This document shows positions 9,624 through 20,652 of a stretch of DNA of 64,000 bases, in pieces (the first letter of the stretch is position 1; each line of letters starts with the position of its first letter). The DNA is from Chloroflexia bacterium (lineage in GTDB: Bacteria > Chloroflexota > Chloroflexia > QHBQ01 > JAICKM01): NCBI GenBank assembly GCA_038228295.1, contig JBBRPH010000020.1:3534-67533 (forward strand), given 5' to 3'. The notes under the pieces are model-generated. The model did no database searches and was not told where the DNA came from. It was given only the letters and a program-made list of their open reading frames with translations. Made by a program: the position numbers and the translations under genes.

Positions 9624-10904
9624 TCATGCCTCACGTTTCGCGATTCCTTGTAGCGTCTCTACCAGACGGGCAATCTCAGCCGGCGTGTTGTAGTGGACCG
9701 CGCCGATGCGGACGGCCCCGCCGTGACCTTCGAGGCCCAACCGCTCCATGATCTCCAACGCATAGTAGTTGCCGGTCCAGGCAAAGATGCCGGCGGCGGC
9801 CAGGGCACGCCCGACAGCGACGGTGTCGTGCCCATCTAGCGTAAAGGCTACGGTCGGCACCCGCTCGGCCAAGCGGGCTAGGTCGCTGATGCCGTAGAGC
9901 CGTAGGCCCGGCACCGTCGCCAGGCCGGTGAGCAGGGCCCGGCTGAGATCCGTTTCATGCCGGCGGATCGCGGTCATGGCGGCGTGTAGGGCCGCGTGTT
10001 GCGCTAGATCGACATCAGCGGCGCTGCGCCGGCCTAAGTCGGCCAGATAGCCGAGTGTGCCGACCAGCCCAGCTAGGCACTCGTGGTTTTTGGTGCCGTT
10101 CTCAAAGCGGTCGGGTACGGTGTCGGCGGCGGGCCGCACTTTGTAGGGGCGCAAGGCGTGCAGCAACTCGGCCCGGCCCCAGGCGATGCCCAGGTGCGGC
10201 CCGAAGAACTTGTAGGCCGAACAGACCAAGTAATCGGCACCCAGCGCCTGCACGTCAAGCGGACCGTGCGGGCCATAATGCACCGCGTCTACCCAGAGCA
10301 GCGCGCCTGCCGCGTGAACCAAGCGGGCGACGGCGGCGATGTCGGGTACGGTGCCGACGGCGTTGGAGGCGTGGGTCACGGCGACCAAGCGGGTACGCGG
10401 CGAGAGCAGCCCCGCTAATGCATCCATGTCCAGCGTGCAATCCTCCAGGCGCACCGGCACTCGCTTAATCGTCACACCACGCTCGGCCAAGTCGGTCCAG
10501 GGCGTAACGTTAGCATCATGGTCCAATTCCGTCACCAGCACCTCGTCGCCGGGGCCGAGCGTGCGCCCAATCGCCCGGCTGAGGGTGTAGGTCAACTGCG
10601 TCATATTGGCCCCGAAGATGATTTCCTGCGCCGACGGCGCGTTGAGGAAGTCGGCCATGCCCTGGCGGGCGGTTTGCACCAGCGCATCGGTGCGCGTGCT
10701 GGTCAGGAAGAGACCATGCACATTGGCGTTGCTCGTCTGGAGATAGGTGGTGATCGCATCCATCATCCGGCGCGGCACTTGCGTGCCGGCAGGGTTGTCG
10801 AGGTAGACGACCGGCCGGCCATCCTGTTGCTGCGCCAACGACGGGAACTGGGCGCGTATCCAGGTCGCGTCCAGGTTGGGCGTGGTAGGGGCGAGAAGGG
10901 TCAT
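9624..10904 (-). CDS. Cysteine desulfurase-like PLP enzyme (aminotransferase class V)
   Basis: YLDNPAGTQ, LDHDANV, DAVH, CSAYKFFGPH, RIGAVHYN. Confidence 0.9.
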   Translation of the reverse strand: MTLLAPTTPNLDATWIRAQFPSLAQQQDGRPVVYLDNPAGTQVPRRMMDAITTYLQTSNANVHGLFLTSTRTDALVQTARQGMADFLNAPSAQEIIFGANMTQLTYTLSRAIGRTLGPGDEVLVTELDHDANVTPWTDLAERGVTIKRVPVRLEDCTLDMDALAGLLSPRTRLVAVTHASNAVGTVPDIAAVARLVHAAGALLWVDAVHYGPHGPLDVQALGADYLVCSAYKFFGPHLGIAWGRAELLHALRPYKVRPAADTVPDRFENGTKNHECLAGLVGTLGYLADLGRRSAADVDLAQHAALHAAMTAIRRHETDLSRALLTGLATVPGLRLYGISDLARLAERVPTVAFTLDGHDTVAVGRALAAAGIFAWTGNYYALEIMERLGLEGHGGAVRIGAVHYNTPAEIARLVETLQGIAKREA

Positions 10905-11085
10905 GGGTGGTTCTCCTTATGTTTTGTATGGCGAAATCGCAACTACGATCAGGACTATAGCTCTGCTGCCTGTCTACACGGTCAGGCGACTAGGGTTTAG
11001 CTCTCGGCATCGTTCCTGCTTTTGGCTGGTCCAACGGATTATACAGCGCGCCGGCGGGCGCTAAGGTAAAGGTAAAGGAGTACTA

Positions 11086-12000
11086 ATGAGCCGCATTCAA
11101 TTCGGCTGGTCGCTACCCAGCGGAGCGCGTGACAAGAGCCGCCGCCAAGAATACACCGCCGGCATCGCCCGCGGCATGAAGCTGATCACCGGCCATTTCG
11201 CCTCGACCTGGTTTGTCGATCACTTCCAGTTTGACGATAGCGATCAGTTGGAAGCCTGGGTCGCGTTGAGCTATTTCGCCGCCCAGTATCCGCAGTTTCA
11301 GTTCGGCCATGCCGTATTGTGCCAATCATACCGTAACCCGGCTCTTACTGCCAAGATGGGCGCATCATTGCAGTTTCTGAGCGGTGGGCGCTTCATCCTG
11401 GGCATCGGCGCCGGCTGGCACGAGCCGGAGTATCAGGCTTACGGCTACCCCTTCCCGCCTGCTGGGCAACGGGTGGAGGAATTTGAGGAGACGCTCGAAA
11501 TCATCAAGCGAATGTGGCACGATGAGAAGGCCACGTTCGAGGGCAAGCACTATCAGGTGCGGGATGCCTGGTGTGAGCCGAAGCCGGAGCCGACGCCGCC
11601 GATTATGATCGGTGGGTCGAAGCCGCGAATGTTGCGCATTATCGCCCGTTACGCCGACTGGTGGAACGTATCGTGGACCGGCATTGCGGATTATCGGAAA
11701 CAAGTAGTGGAGTCGGAGCGGGCCTGCGCCGAAATCGGCCGTGACCCGGCGAGCTTGCGCCGCACCTGGTTCGGCGGCTGCCTTTGCGCTTCCACCGAGA
11801 CCGAGGTGCAACGCCTCAACACGCGGGGCATCAAACCGGAGAATGCGTTCGTCGGCACTCCCGCTCAGATCATGGAGCAAATGGCTCCCTTCATTGAATT
11901 AGGTGTAGACTACTTCATGCTCGGCGCAGGCGGCTTTCCCGACCTGACAACGTTGGAACTGTTGGTCAACGAGGTGCTGCCGAAGCTGAACCCGGCGTAG
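11086..12000 (+). CDS. LLM-class flavin/F420-dependent oxidoreductase
   Basis: DHF, YRNPALTAKMGASL..SGGRFILGIGAGW, PIMIGG, ADWWN. Confidence 0.9.
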   Translation: MSRIQFGWSLPSGARDKSRRQEYTAGIARGMKLITGHFASTWFVDHFQFDDSDQLEAWVALSYFAAQYPQFQFGHAVLCQSYRNPALTAKMGASLQFLSGGRFILGIGAGWHEPEYQAYGYPFPPAGQRVEEFEETLEIIKRMWHDEKATFEGKHYQVRDAWCEPKPEPTPPIMIGGSKPRMLRIIARYADWWNVSWTGIADYRKQVVESERACAEIGRDPASLRRTWFGGCLCASTETEVQRLNTRGIKPENAFVGTPAQIMEQMAPFIELGVDYFMLGAGGFPDLTTLELLVNEVLPKLNPA

Positions 12001-12063
12001 CGGGTTGGCAGTGCCGCTGATTGGTCGGAGCACCAATCAGTCTCTATACCATATCTAGTATCT

Positions 12064-12103
12064 ATGAATGTAGGCGCGCCATCCATGGCGCGCCTACATT
12101 CAT
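12064..12103. repeat. Perfect palindrome (REP-like or bidirectional terminator)
   Basis: atgaatgtaggcgcgccat-cc-atggcgcgcctacattcat, 19-bp arms, between convergent genes. Confidence 0.8.
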
Positions 12104-12151
12104 GCCGACCCCTACACCATTGATCGTTAACTGCCGACCGTCAACCACCGA

Positions 12152-13102
12152 CTACCGACCACCGACCAGGCCGTGGGGTGGCTGGATGTTTGCGGCGGTG
12201 AAGTAGTCCATAATCCGCAGCACGGCCTGATCTTTGGCTTTGGCCTCAAACATCACATCGAAGTCGCGCAGGTCGGCGGCGGCTTGGACGTAGGCGGCGA
12301 AAGCGACGGGGTCAATGTAATCGGCGTGCGCGCCGGGACGCGCGGCTTGCAGGCGCGCCGGCTTGCCTTTCACTTTGACCTCCGTTAGCTCCGTGGTCGC
12401 GTCCGAGTAATGCGTCTTCGGCGTGACGGCTGCCGGCCAAGTGGCGAGGCAGGTAGCCAGGGCGCTATGCTCATCTAGGCCGGGCGTGCCGTTCAGCGCG
12501 TGGTGCAGGTTGTCGAACACCACCGGTACGCCGGTCGCCTCGTGAACAACCAGCGCGTCACCCACACTGTATAGCCGATCGTCGTTTTCAATCACCAGGC
12601 GCGCACGGATCGAATCGGGTAACTCGCGGTAATGTTCGATGAAGCGGGCAAGCGCGGTCGGCTTATCGCCGTATACACCGCCGATATGCAGGATCATTTT
12701 GGCCGTCGGGGGCAGGGCCATCATATCCAGTACATCGGCATGGTACTGCAACTCACGCACCGCCGCCGCCCGAATTGCCGGGGTGGGCGAGTTTAGTACC
12801 GTGTACTGACCGGGGTGGCTACTCAGGCGGATGTCGAGTTCACGGGCTAGCGCGCCGGTGCGTGCCAGATCCTCCCGCGCTTCCGCTAACTGGTTGCCGA
12901 ACTGTGGTCGCTTGGGATCGGTGAAATACGGCGCGATGTTGGATGAGAGCCGGTACATTCGGATGCCCTGTTCGCCACAGTAGGCGAGAATTTGGCGGAC
13001 GTATTCCAGACTGGTCCGTAAGTGAGGACCGTTTTCCGGTCGCCGGGCATCGTGTGCCCGCACGTCAATACCCAATACCACACAAGCAAAACCTATGCGC
13101 AT
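12152..13102 (-). CDS. uvsE: UV DNA damage repair endonuclease
   Basis: MYRLSS, RLSSHPGQYTVLNS, LHIGG, VIENDD, FDNLHH, HYSD, HADYI, MFEAKAKD. Confidence 0.92.
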   Translation of the reverse strand: MRIGFACVVLGIDVRAHDARRPENGPHLRTSLEYVRQILAYCGEQGIRMYRLSSNIAPYFTDPKRPQFGNQLAEAREDLARTGALARELDIRLSSHPGQYTVLNSPTPAIRAAAVRELQYHADVLDMMALPPTAKMILHIGGVYGDKPTALARFIEHYRELPDSIRARLVIENDDRLYSVGDALVVHEATGVPVVFDNLHHALNGTPGLDEHSALATCLATWPAAVTPKTHYSDATTELTEVKVKGKPARLQAARPGAHADYIDPVAFAAYVQAAADLRDFDVMFEAKAKDQAVLRIMDYFTAANIQPPHGLVGGR

Positions 13103-13363
13103 GATTGTTGCTCCTCTATTACCCCCGGTCTGTGGATCGGCCCTAAAGCAGGAGGTATGCCGCTTTACAGAGGACGGAGGGCGGAGGGCGGAGTGCAGCG
13201 GGCGTAATATAGTGGATCAACTAGGGAAGTGGGGATTTTGCTTGCTAAATTGGTGGATTTGCCGATTGACTCATGCGGTAAGGTGTGGTAAGATAAGAGA
13301 GCAAACCACTTAACTCCTCGGGCAGCAAATGCCCACTCACTTCCTCTTTTTGCAGGAAACAAG

Positions 13364-13398
13364 GCCCGGCGCGTGGTAACTCTACCAACGCGCCGGGC
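13364..13398 (-). terminator. Hairpin downstream of acyl-CoA ligase
   Basis: gcccggcgcgtggta-actc-taccaacgcgccgggc. Confidence 0.55.
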
Positions 13399-13422
13399 AG
13401 GTGGGGCCGGCTGTTTTATCCC

Positions 13423-15015
13423 CTAGTGAACCCGTGTATCCAGTCCTTGCCAGTAGGGATCACGCAACTCGTTTTTGATGATCTTGCCGGTGCCCGTCTT
13501 GGGGAATTCGCTGCGGATTTCCACGCTGCGCGGGTGCTTGAAGCGCGGTAGTCGCTCGCCGGCAAAGGCCAGCAATTCCTCGGCGGTGGCCGTGTGGCCC
13601 GGTTTGAGAACGACCAGCGCCAACGGCACCTCGCCCCAGCGGTCGTCGGGCACCGCGATCACCGCCGCCTCCAGCACCGCAGGTGACTGGTAAAACACAT
13701 CCTCGATCTCGACCGACGAAATATTCTCACCGCCGCTGATGATCACATCCTTTTTGCGGTCTTTGATCTGCAAATAGCCTTCTTCGTCTATGGTTGCTAG
13801 ATCGCCCGTGTGGAACCAGCCCCCGGCCAGTGCCGCCGCCGTTTCTTCCGGCAGGTTATGGTAGCCGCGCATCACGTTGTCGCCGCGCGCCCAGATTTCA
13901 CCGATTTCGCTGCCATCGCGCGCCACATCATGGCCGTCACTGCTCACCACGCGCACTTCAACTCCCAGGCCGGGCAGGCCGGTCATGGCCTTGCGCGCAT
14001 AGAGTTCCTCCTGCGGGCGGTCGGCTAGCGTGTTCTTGATCGTGGCAACACTCACAAGTGGGCAGGTTTCACTGAGGCCGTAGCCCACGAAGCAGTCTAT
14101 GTTCAACTGTTCGCGGGCGGCGGCGATCAGGCTAGGCGGCGGCGGCGCGCCGCCAATTAGCACCCACTCCAGGCTCGACAGATCATACTTGTGCAGATCG
14201 GGACATGACAGCAGCGCTGCCAGCATCGTCGGCACCAAGCCCATCGCCGTCACGTGGTCGCGCTCCACTGCCTGGCAGACCAGGGTTGGGTCGAAGCGTG
14301 AGATGACCGACATGGTGCCGCCGACTGCCACCATATAATGCGGCGTGCCCCAGGCGTTGACGTGGAACAGCGGCACTGAGCCGACCAGGGCCACGTCGCG
14401 GTCGCGGATGCCGAGAATGGCAATGCAGCTAAAGGCGTGCAGGTAGAGATTGCGGTGGGTTAGCTCGACCCCTTTAGGTCGTCCAGTAGTGCCGCTGGTA
14501 TAAAAGAGTTCGGCCACGCTGTTTTCGTCAATATGGTCATACGGCAGCGGATCGTCAGTTGCGGCGGCCAGCAATTGTTCATAGCTGTGCGCGTGGGCCG
14601 GCGCCTCGTCACCCAGTAAGATAATGTGCTTTAAGCTCGACACGGCCTCCTGCAACTGGAAACCGAGCGCGGTGAACTCCGGTCCGATGATCAGTGCTTG
14701 GGCCGGCGCATCGCTCAGGATATAGGCTAGATCTTGGGGCCGCAAGCGCACATTCAGCGGTAACAACACCAGTTCGGCGGGCAGTACGCCAAAGTAGGCT
14801 TCGAGGATTTGGTGGTTGTTGAGGCCCAGGTAGGCGACAACCGCGCCCGGCCCCAAGCCTAGCCCGCGCAGGGCATGACCGAAGCGGTGGACACGCTCTT
14901 GGAACAGGCGATAGGTGAAGCGCTGATCACCGTTGATGATCGCCGTTTTGTTGGGGTAGACAGCGGCAGCACGATTGAGAAAGCGGGTCGGCGTGAGGGG
15001 CAGTTCCATCGTCAA
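13423..15015 (-). CDS. Long-chain fatty acid-CoA ligase (ANL superfamily)
   Basis: YTSGTTGRPKG, YGLSET, GWFHTGD, DRKKDVIISGGENI, PKTGTGK. Confidence 0.93.
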   Translation of the reverse strand: MTMELPLTPTRFLNRAAAVYPNKTAIINGDQRFTYRLFQERVHRFGHALRGLGLGPGAVVAYLGLNNHQILEAYFGVLPAELVLLPLNVRLRPQDLAYILSDAPAQALIIGPEFTALGFQLQEAVSSLKHIILLGDEAPAHAHSYEQLLAAATDDPLPYDHIDENSVAELFYTSGTTGRPKGVELTHRNLYLHAFSCIAILGIRDRDVALVGSVPLFHVNAWGTPHYMVAVGGTMSVISRFDPTLVCQAVERDHVTAMGLVPTMLAALLSCPDLHKYDLSSLEWVLIGGAPPPPSLIAAAREQLNIDCFVGYGLSETCPLVSVATIKNTLADRPQEELYARKAMTGLPGLGVEVRVVSSDGHDVARDGSEIGEIWARGDNVMRGYHNLPEETAAALAGGWFHTGDLATIDEEGYLQIKDRKKDVIISGGENISSVEIEDVFYQSPAVLEAAVIAVPDDRWGEVPLALVVLKPGHTATAEELLAFAGERLPRFKHPRSVEIRSEFPKTGTGKIIKNELRDPYWQGLDTRVH

Positions 15016-15147
15016 TCTCCTATGGCGTAATACGTCATGCGTAATGCGTAAGGTTTGTTGCGTGAAACGTGATTATGTTGTAGCGGGGGGTGTTCGGCGG
15101 CTCTGTGGCGGTAGTATAGACGGCTGTGGGACTGCTGTCAAGATCCG

Positions 15148-16524
15148 TCACTCGCCCATATCCAGGGCCGGTGCCTCGTCAGAGTCGAGGGTAACACGGC
15201 GGATGCGGGCCCCGATACGCTGGCCCGGACCGCGCACGGCGGAGGCAAAGTGCTGGGCGAGTTCGGCCGCGCTAGGGCGCTGCTGTGGGTTTTTGTGCAG
15301 GGCGTTCAGGACCACGGCCTCCACGGCAGGAGAGATCTGCGAATTAAGCTCATGCAGGGGTGGTGGCGCATCGTGCAGTTGCATTAGCGCGACTTTCAGC
15401 GGATCACCGTCGGGCGACTCAAAGGGTAGCCGGCCGCCCAGCATCCGGTAGAGCATGATGCCCAGGCTGTAGACATCTGCGCGTCCATCGTATGGCTTGT
15501 TTTGTAGCCGTTCGGGTGCCATATAGGCGGGGGTGCCCAACACATGGCCCACCAGCGTCAGTTGCTGTTCGCCTGCCGCGCCGCCCTCGTCGTCCAGGAT
15601 TTTGGCGATGCCGAAGTCCACCACCTTGACGATTTCGGCGTGGCGTGTTTGGTGCAGAAAAATGTTGGCCGGCTTGAGGTCACGGTGGATGATGCCCTGC
15701 TCGTGCGCCTCGGTCAGCACCGCGCAGATCGGCATCAGGATCTCGGCGCAGCGGCCCAGCGTCAGTGTGCCCGCCGAGTTAAGTTCATCGGCTAGCGAAT
15801 AACCTTCCAGCAACTCCATCACCAGATAGGTAATACCTTGCGGTGTGACACCGAAATCCGTCACTGACACCGCATTGGGGTGGTGGATACGGCAGGCGGC
15901 GATGCCCTCGCGCTGGAAGCGGGCGCGCTGTTCGGGGGTGGTGGCGGCTGTGGTCTTGAGGATCTTAATCGCCACATGGCTGCTTAACACTTGGTGCGTG
16001 GCCTTGTAGACGGCGCCTGCCGCGCCCGCGCCGATCAATGATTCCAGCCGATATTTATCGCCGATAATCGTGCCCGGCCCCACTTCGGCCAGGCTGTTGG
16101 GCACGATAGCGGGCCGGGGCGGCTCCGTCACCGGCTGCGCCAGCCGCTTCATGTGCAATTGCGCCTGCACCCGCGCCAGCACCACCGGGAAGTCGAGCGG
16201 CTTGGTCACGTAATCGTTGGCCCCGATTTCCAACGCTTCTACAATATCCTGACTGCCGTCCAGCGCCGTCGCCATGATGATCGGCAGTTCCGTCACTGAG
16301 CGGTTCTTGCGCACGATCTTCAGCACTTCCAGCCCACTGATACCCGGCATCATCACGTCCAGCACCACTAAATCGAAGGTCTGCTGACGGATCAGTTGCA
16401 ACGCCTCAATACCGTCTTTAGCGAGCGCGACACTGTAGCCCTGCCGCTGTAAGCGGCGCGACAACATATGGCGATTCATTTCGTCGTCATCCACGACCAG
16501 CAGTGTGGCAGGGGGAACGTTCAT
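15148..16524 (-). CDS. Response-regulator receiver domain fused to Hanks-type Ser/Thr protein kinase
   Basis: REC: VVDD, LDVMMP, MAT, DYVTKP; kinase: GAGAAG, VAIK, HRDLKPAN, DFG, GTPAYMAPE. Confidence 0.93.
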   Translation of the reverse strand: MNVPPATLLVVDDDEMNRHMLSRRLQRQGYSVALAKDGIEALQLIRQQTFDLVVLDVMMPGISGLEVLKIVRKNRSVTELPIIMATALDGSQDIVEALEIGANDYVTKPLDFPVVLARVQAQLHMKRLAQPVTEPPRPAIVPNSLAEVGPGTIIGDKYRLESLIGAGAAGAVYKATHQVLSSHVAIKILKTTAATTPEQRARFQREGIAACRIHHPNAVSVTDFGVTPQGITYLVMELLEGYSLADELNSAGTLTLGRCAEILMPICAVLTEAHEQGIIHRDLKPANIFLHQTRHAEIVKVVDFGIAKILDDEGGAAGEQQLTLVGHVLGTPAYMAPERLQNKPYDGRADVYSLGIMLYRMLGGRLPFESPDGDPLKVALMQLHDAPPPLHELNSQISPAVEAVVLNALHKNPQQRPSAAELAQHFASAVRGPGQRIGARIRRVTLDSDEAPALDMGE

Positions 16525-16748
16525 CAGTGCCCTTTATGGTTGCATAGCAGTTGGAGTTGCGCCCGCCGGCACCCCGAAGTCGCGCCCGTAAGCACGCGCC
16601 GGACGGCGGTCACTCGCGGCAGTTTGCACCAGTGTAGCACTTCTGAACGGGGTGCGTCAAGCTAGGCTACCCAAAGCCCGCCGTTTCGGGTATAATGCAG
16701 CCAGGATTGCGGCCCAGGCCGCGCTTGCTACAAAGGAGAAGACCGCCC

Positions 16749-18278
16749 GTGCAAATTACGCGCGAAGATATGCCGGATCGCCAGGTGGCGCTCATTATGG
16801 AGTTTGAGCCGCAGGAGATCGAACCGGCCCTCACCAAAACGTATCAACGCCTTGTCCAGAAGGTGAATATCCCCGGTTTTCGGCCCGGTAAAGCCCCCCG
16901 CGCCATTTTTGAGCGCTACGTGGGCCGCGAGGCGTTGGTCCAAGAGGCCAGCCAGGGGTTAATGGCGGATGCCATCAAAGAAGCCCTCGAACGTGAAGGG
17001 CTACAAGGGGCCGAAGTAGACGATGCCGATATCGAAAGCACCGACCCACTGCGCATTCGGGTGGTGTTCGACCAAGAGCCACTGGTCGAAGTCGGCGAGT
17101 ATAGCGACATCCGCGTGGCTGCCGCGCCGGTGAACGTCACCGGTGACGACGTGGACCTGATGCTGGAACATCTGCGCCGCCGTGATGCCGAGTGGCATGA
17201 CTTGGCGGAGCCGCGTGCGGCCCGCTACGGCGACCGGGTGACGATTGACCTGGAAACGTTCACTATCGAGGGTCCGGTGTCCAATATGACCGGGACGGAG
17301 CAGACCCTCGAGTTGAGCGAAAAGACCGGTCCGGCGTGGCCGCACGAAATTGACGAAGGCGTAATCGGTATGCAGATTGGCGAAGAGAAAGACTTTGCCA
17401 TTATTTTCCCCGCCGCTTATACCGATAGCGCCTTGCAAGGCAAAGATGCGACAGTCCACGTTAAGCTGACCGCGATCCAAGAAGCCGACCTGCCGGAACT
17501 GGATGATGCGTTTGCCGCGAAAACGGCGCAAGCGGAATCGTTAGATGCGCTGCGGACTAGCTTGGCCGAGAACCTTCGCAGCGAGCAGGAGAATAACGCG
17601 CGCTCCGCCCAGGTACAGGCGGCGCTGGCCCAAATGAAAGAGCGCAGTCGCGTCGAAGTGCCCAAAACCATGGTGGACACTGAAATCCAGCAACGCTACG
17701 ACAGCTTGGCGGCGCGCCTACAAGAACGGCGCATCACACCGGCGCGCTACTTTACCTATGAAGGCACCACCGAGCAAGCCTGGCGGGAAGGCCAGCGTGA
17801 CGCCGCCCGCGAAGCGCTCAAAGAGTTGCTGGTGCTGCGCGAGTTTGCCGGCCGCGAAGGCATCACCGTCCCGCCCGCCGAAATCCAAGCCGAAATGGAC
17901 GTGATGCTCGAACCGTATGCCGACAACGAGCAGTTGGAGCAACTGCGCGGCCTGCTGGATACCGAACAGCAGCGCACACAAATCGCTAATCGCCTGTTTG
18001 AACGTAAACTCACTGACCGCATGATCGCTATCGCCGAAGGCCGCGCCACTGCGGCCGTTGCCGACACAGAGAACGCCGCCACTGCGGCCGTTGCCGACAC
18101 AGAGAGCGCCGGCCCGAAGCATACGGCAGCCGCATCCGCCGAAGATGAGACGGCCGCGGTGCCGGCTCCCAGCGGCGCGGTGCCGGCGACCGAACAGGAA
18201 CCCGGCCCGCTGGAAACGGCAGGCGGCGCCGCCGAAGCTTTAGGCATCGGCAGTGCCGTAGATGACGAAGCGCGGTAA
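16749..18278 (+). CDS. tig: Trigger factor
   Basis: IPGFRPGKAP ribosome-binding motif, FKBP-like centre; SD AAGGAG before GTG; precedes clpP-clpX. Confidence 0.93.
   Translation: MQITREDMPDRQVALIMEFEPQEIEPALTKTYQRLVQKVNIPGFRPGKAPRAIFERYVGREALVQEASQGLMADAIKEALEREGLQGAEVDDADIESTDPLRIRVVFDQEPLVEVGEYSDIRVAAAPVNVTGDDVDLMLEHLRRRDAEWHDLAEPRAARYGDRVTIDLETFTIEGPVSNMTGTEQTLELSEKTGPAWPHEIDEGVIGMQIGEEKDFAIIFPAAYTDSALQGKDATVHVKLTAIQEADLPELDDAFAAKTAQAESLDALRTSLAENLRSEQENNARSAQVQAALAQMKERSRVEVPKTMVDTEIQQRYDSLAARLQERRITPARYFTYEGTTEQAWREGQRDAAREALKELLVLREFAGREGITVPPAEIQAEMDVMLEPYADNEQLEQLRGLLDTEQQRTQIANRLFERKLTDRMIAIAEGRATAAVADTENAATAAVADTESAGPKHTAAASAEDETAAVPAPSGAVPATEQEPGPLETAGGAAEALGIGSAVDDEAR
18045..18110 (+). 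repeat. 33-bp tandem duplication in the tig C-terminal tail
   Basis: gccactgcggccgttgccgacacagaga(a/g)cgcc twice (ATAAVADTE[N/S]A). Confidence 0.85.
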
Positions 18279-18435
18279 GGGTTGCGTGTGCATAGGCGGA
18301 ATCGTGACTCCACCCTGCGCACTTAGCCCGCTGTAAAGTCGAACAAATGCGCTGATTAAGGTATTGCGTCTGCCTACAGGATACAGTATACTTAACAGTG
18401 TCAGCCAGGGATTCTGGAATCTTGAGGAGTATGGT

Positions 18436-19143
18436 ATGAATCGGTTTGAGTCGCCCAGCGCGATTGTTCCCTATGTGGTGGAAAGCACCAACCGCGGCGA
18501 ACGGGTCTATGACATCTATTCGCGCTTGTTGCGTGACCGCATCATCTTTATCGGCACGCCGATTGACGATCAAATCGCCAATATCGTCGTGGCCCAGTTG
18601 CTGTTCCTTGACTACGAAGACCCGGAGCGAGATGTGCAACTCTACATCCACAGCCCCGGCGGCTCCGTCACCGCAGGCTTGGCGATCTACGACACTATGC
18701 AGTTTATCCGTCCCGATGTGTCCACGATCTGCATCGGCAGTTCGGCCTCGATGGCGACGATCCTGCTTTGCGCGGGAGCCAAAGGCAAACGCCTAGCCCT
18801 GCCTAACGCGACGATCCATATGCACCCGGCCGGCGTGGGCCAAATCGGCGGATATGCCCCCGATGTGGAAATCCAGGCGCGCGAACTGCTGCGGATGCAG
18901 TCCAAAATCCGCCAGCTTATGGCCCAGCATACCGGGCAGACCCTCGAAAAAGTCTCACATGATTTTGACCGCGATCTGTATATGGATGCCAAGCAGGCAC
19001 TGGACTACGGCATTGTGGACGAAGTGATGAGCAACATGAATGCGATCCGCAGTGACGCGGCAGAAGGCGTGCGAAACGAAGACGTGCCGGTTGCTGCCGC
19101 CGCAAAAGACGACAGTAAAAACGGCAAACGGGACGGCGCTTAA
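18436..19143 (+). CDS. clpP: ATP-dependent Clp protease proteolytic subunit
   Basis: [30 protein letters not shown], catalytic S (ASM), H (HMHP), D (DRD). Confidence 0.96.
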   Translation: MNRFESPSAIVPYVVESTNRGERVYDIYSRLLRDRIIFIGTPIDDQIANIVVAQLLFLDYEDPERDVQLYIHSPGGSVTAGLAIYDTMQFIRPDVSTICIGSSASMATILLCAGAKGKRLALPNATIHMHPAGVGQIGGYAPDVEIQARELLRMQSKIRQLMAQHTGQTLEKVSHDFDRDLYMDAKQALDYGIVDEVMSNMNAIRSDAAEGVRNEDVPVAAAAKDDSKNGKRDGA

Positions 19144-19270
19144 AGCTAACCCCGGCACAGAGGCGGCGGTCACGTCGCCTCTGTGTTTATTCGGCTCTCG
19201 CCCGGCGCGGCCTACCGCCGGCGGGGCCACCTCGCCGCCCCCGGCGGCTCCTTGAAGCGAGGATTGCAAT

Positions 19271-20581
19271 ATGGCCGGTACACGCGGCGGCAAACCCCAG
19301 TATCATTGCTCGTTTTGCGGTAAAAGCCAGGATGATGTGCGCCGGTTGATCGCCGGTCCTAATTCCGTCTACATTTGCGATGTCTGTGTAGACCTCTGCC
19401 GGGAAATTATTGACGAAGACGAACCAAACGCGCCGAAAGCCGATAGCGGGATCAATCGTCCCATCCTCAAACCGAAGCGTATCTTTGAACTGCTCAACGG
19501 CTATGTGATCGGCCAAGAGCGGGCGAAAAAAGTGTTGTCGGTGGCCGTCTATAACCACTACAAGCGCATCACCAGCAACACGCGCTCCGACGATGTGGAA
19601 CTGCAAAAGAGCAACATCCTCCTGCTCGGCCCCACCGGTTCCGGTAAGACTCTGCTGGCCCAGACGCTCGCCAAAGTGCTGGATGTGCCGTTCTCCATCG
19701 CCGATGCTACCGCCCTTACCGAAGCCGGCTATGTCGGCGAAGATGTCGAAAATATCCTGCTGCGCCTATTGCAATCCGCCGATTTGGATGTGGCGCGTGC
19801 CGAAAAGGGTATCGTCTATATTGATGAGATCGACAAAATTGCCCGCAAAAGTGATAACCCTTCTATCACCCGCGACGTGTCGGGCGAAGGGGTGCAACAG
19901 GCGCTGTTGAAGATCATCGAAGGTACTGTCGCCAATGTGCCGCCGCAGAGCGGGCGCAAGCACCCCCACCAGGATTTTATCCAGATTGACACCAGCAATA
20001 TCCTGTTTATTTGCGGTGGTGCGTTCGAGGGGCTGGAAGAGATCATCGCTCGCCGCGTGGGAGGCGGGCGTACCCTCGGCTTCAACCGCGTCGGCGACAC
20101 CGCCGGTGAGGCCGATGCCGGTTCGGCCTCGCTGCTGGCCCAGGTCACGCCGGAAGATCTGCTCAAATACGGCCTGATCCCTGAATTCGTGGGCCGCTTA
20201 CCGATGATCGTCTCGCTCAATCCCCTCGACAAAGGTATGCTGCTGCGGATTTTGACCGAACCAAAAAACGCGGTGATCAAGCAGTATCAGAAGTTTTTTG
20301 CCTTAGACCGCGTCGAGTTAGCCTTTAGTCCCACTGCGCTAGACGCGGTGGCGGATCGGGCGTTGGATCTCAAGACCGGCGCGCGTGGCCTGCGTAGCAC
20401 CATTGACGAAGTGTTGCTGGACATCATGTACGAATTGCCCTCAATGGACGGGGTGCGCCGCTGTGTGATTACCGATGAGGTGATTCGCCACGGCAGCCCG
20501 CCAATGCTGCTCTCACGCTCGGACCGTGACCCAGCCGACGACGCACTTGACGATGCACTCTATCTGCCGGAGAGTGCGTGA
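19271..20581 (+). CDS. clpX: Clp protease ATP-binding subunit
   Basis: CSFCGK..ICDVC zinc finger, [26 protein letters not shown] loop. Confidence 0.97.
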   Translation: MAGTRGGKPQYHCSFCGKSQDDVRRLIAGPNSVYICDVCVDLCREIIDEDEPNAPKADSGINRPILKPKRIFELLNGYVIGQERAKKVLSVAVYNHYKRITSNTRSDDVELQKSNILLLGPTGSGKTLLAQTLAKVLDVPFSIADATALTEAGYVGEDVENILLRLLQSADLDVARAEKGIVYIDEIDKIARKSDNPSITRDVSGEGVQQALLKIIEGTVANVPPQSGRKHPHQDFIQIDTSNILFICGGAFEGLEEIIARRVGGGRTLGFNRVGDTAGEADAGSASLLAQVTPEDLLKYGLIPEFVGRLPMIVSLNPLDKGMLLRILTEPKNAVIKQYQKFFALDRVELAFSPTALDAVADRALDLKTGARGLRSTIDEVLLDIMYELPSMDGVRRCVITDEVIRHGSPPMLLSRSDRDPADDALDDALYLPESA

Positions 20582-20607
20582 CGGATGCCGAGTGAAAAAT
20601 GGTAAGT

Positions 20608-20643
20608 GAAACCGCCGGTCGGATAAACCGGCGGTTTTGCTTG
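20608..20643. terminator. Intrinsic terminator after clpX
   Basis: aaccgccggt-cggataa-accggcggtt followed by T residues. Confidence 0.7.
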
Positions 20644-20652
20644 CGGCAGGGG

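Noticed and set aside
18045-18110. Duplication in the tig tail as a functional element
   Set aside because: Simple in-frame slippage in a disordered tail
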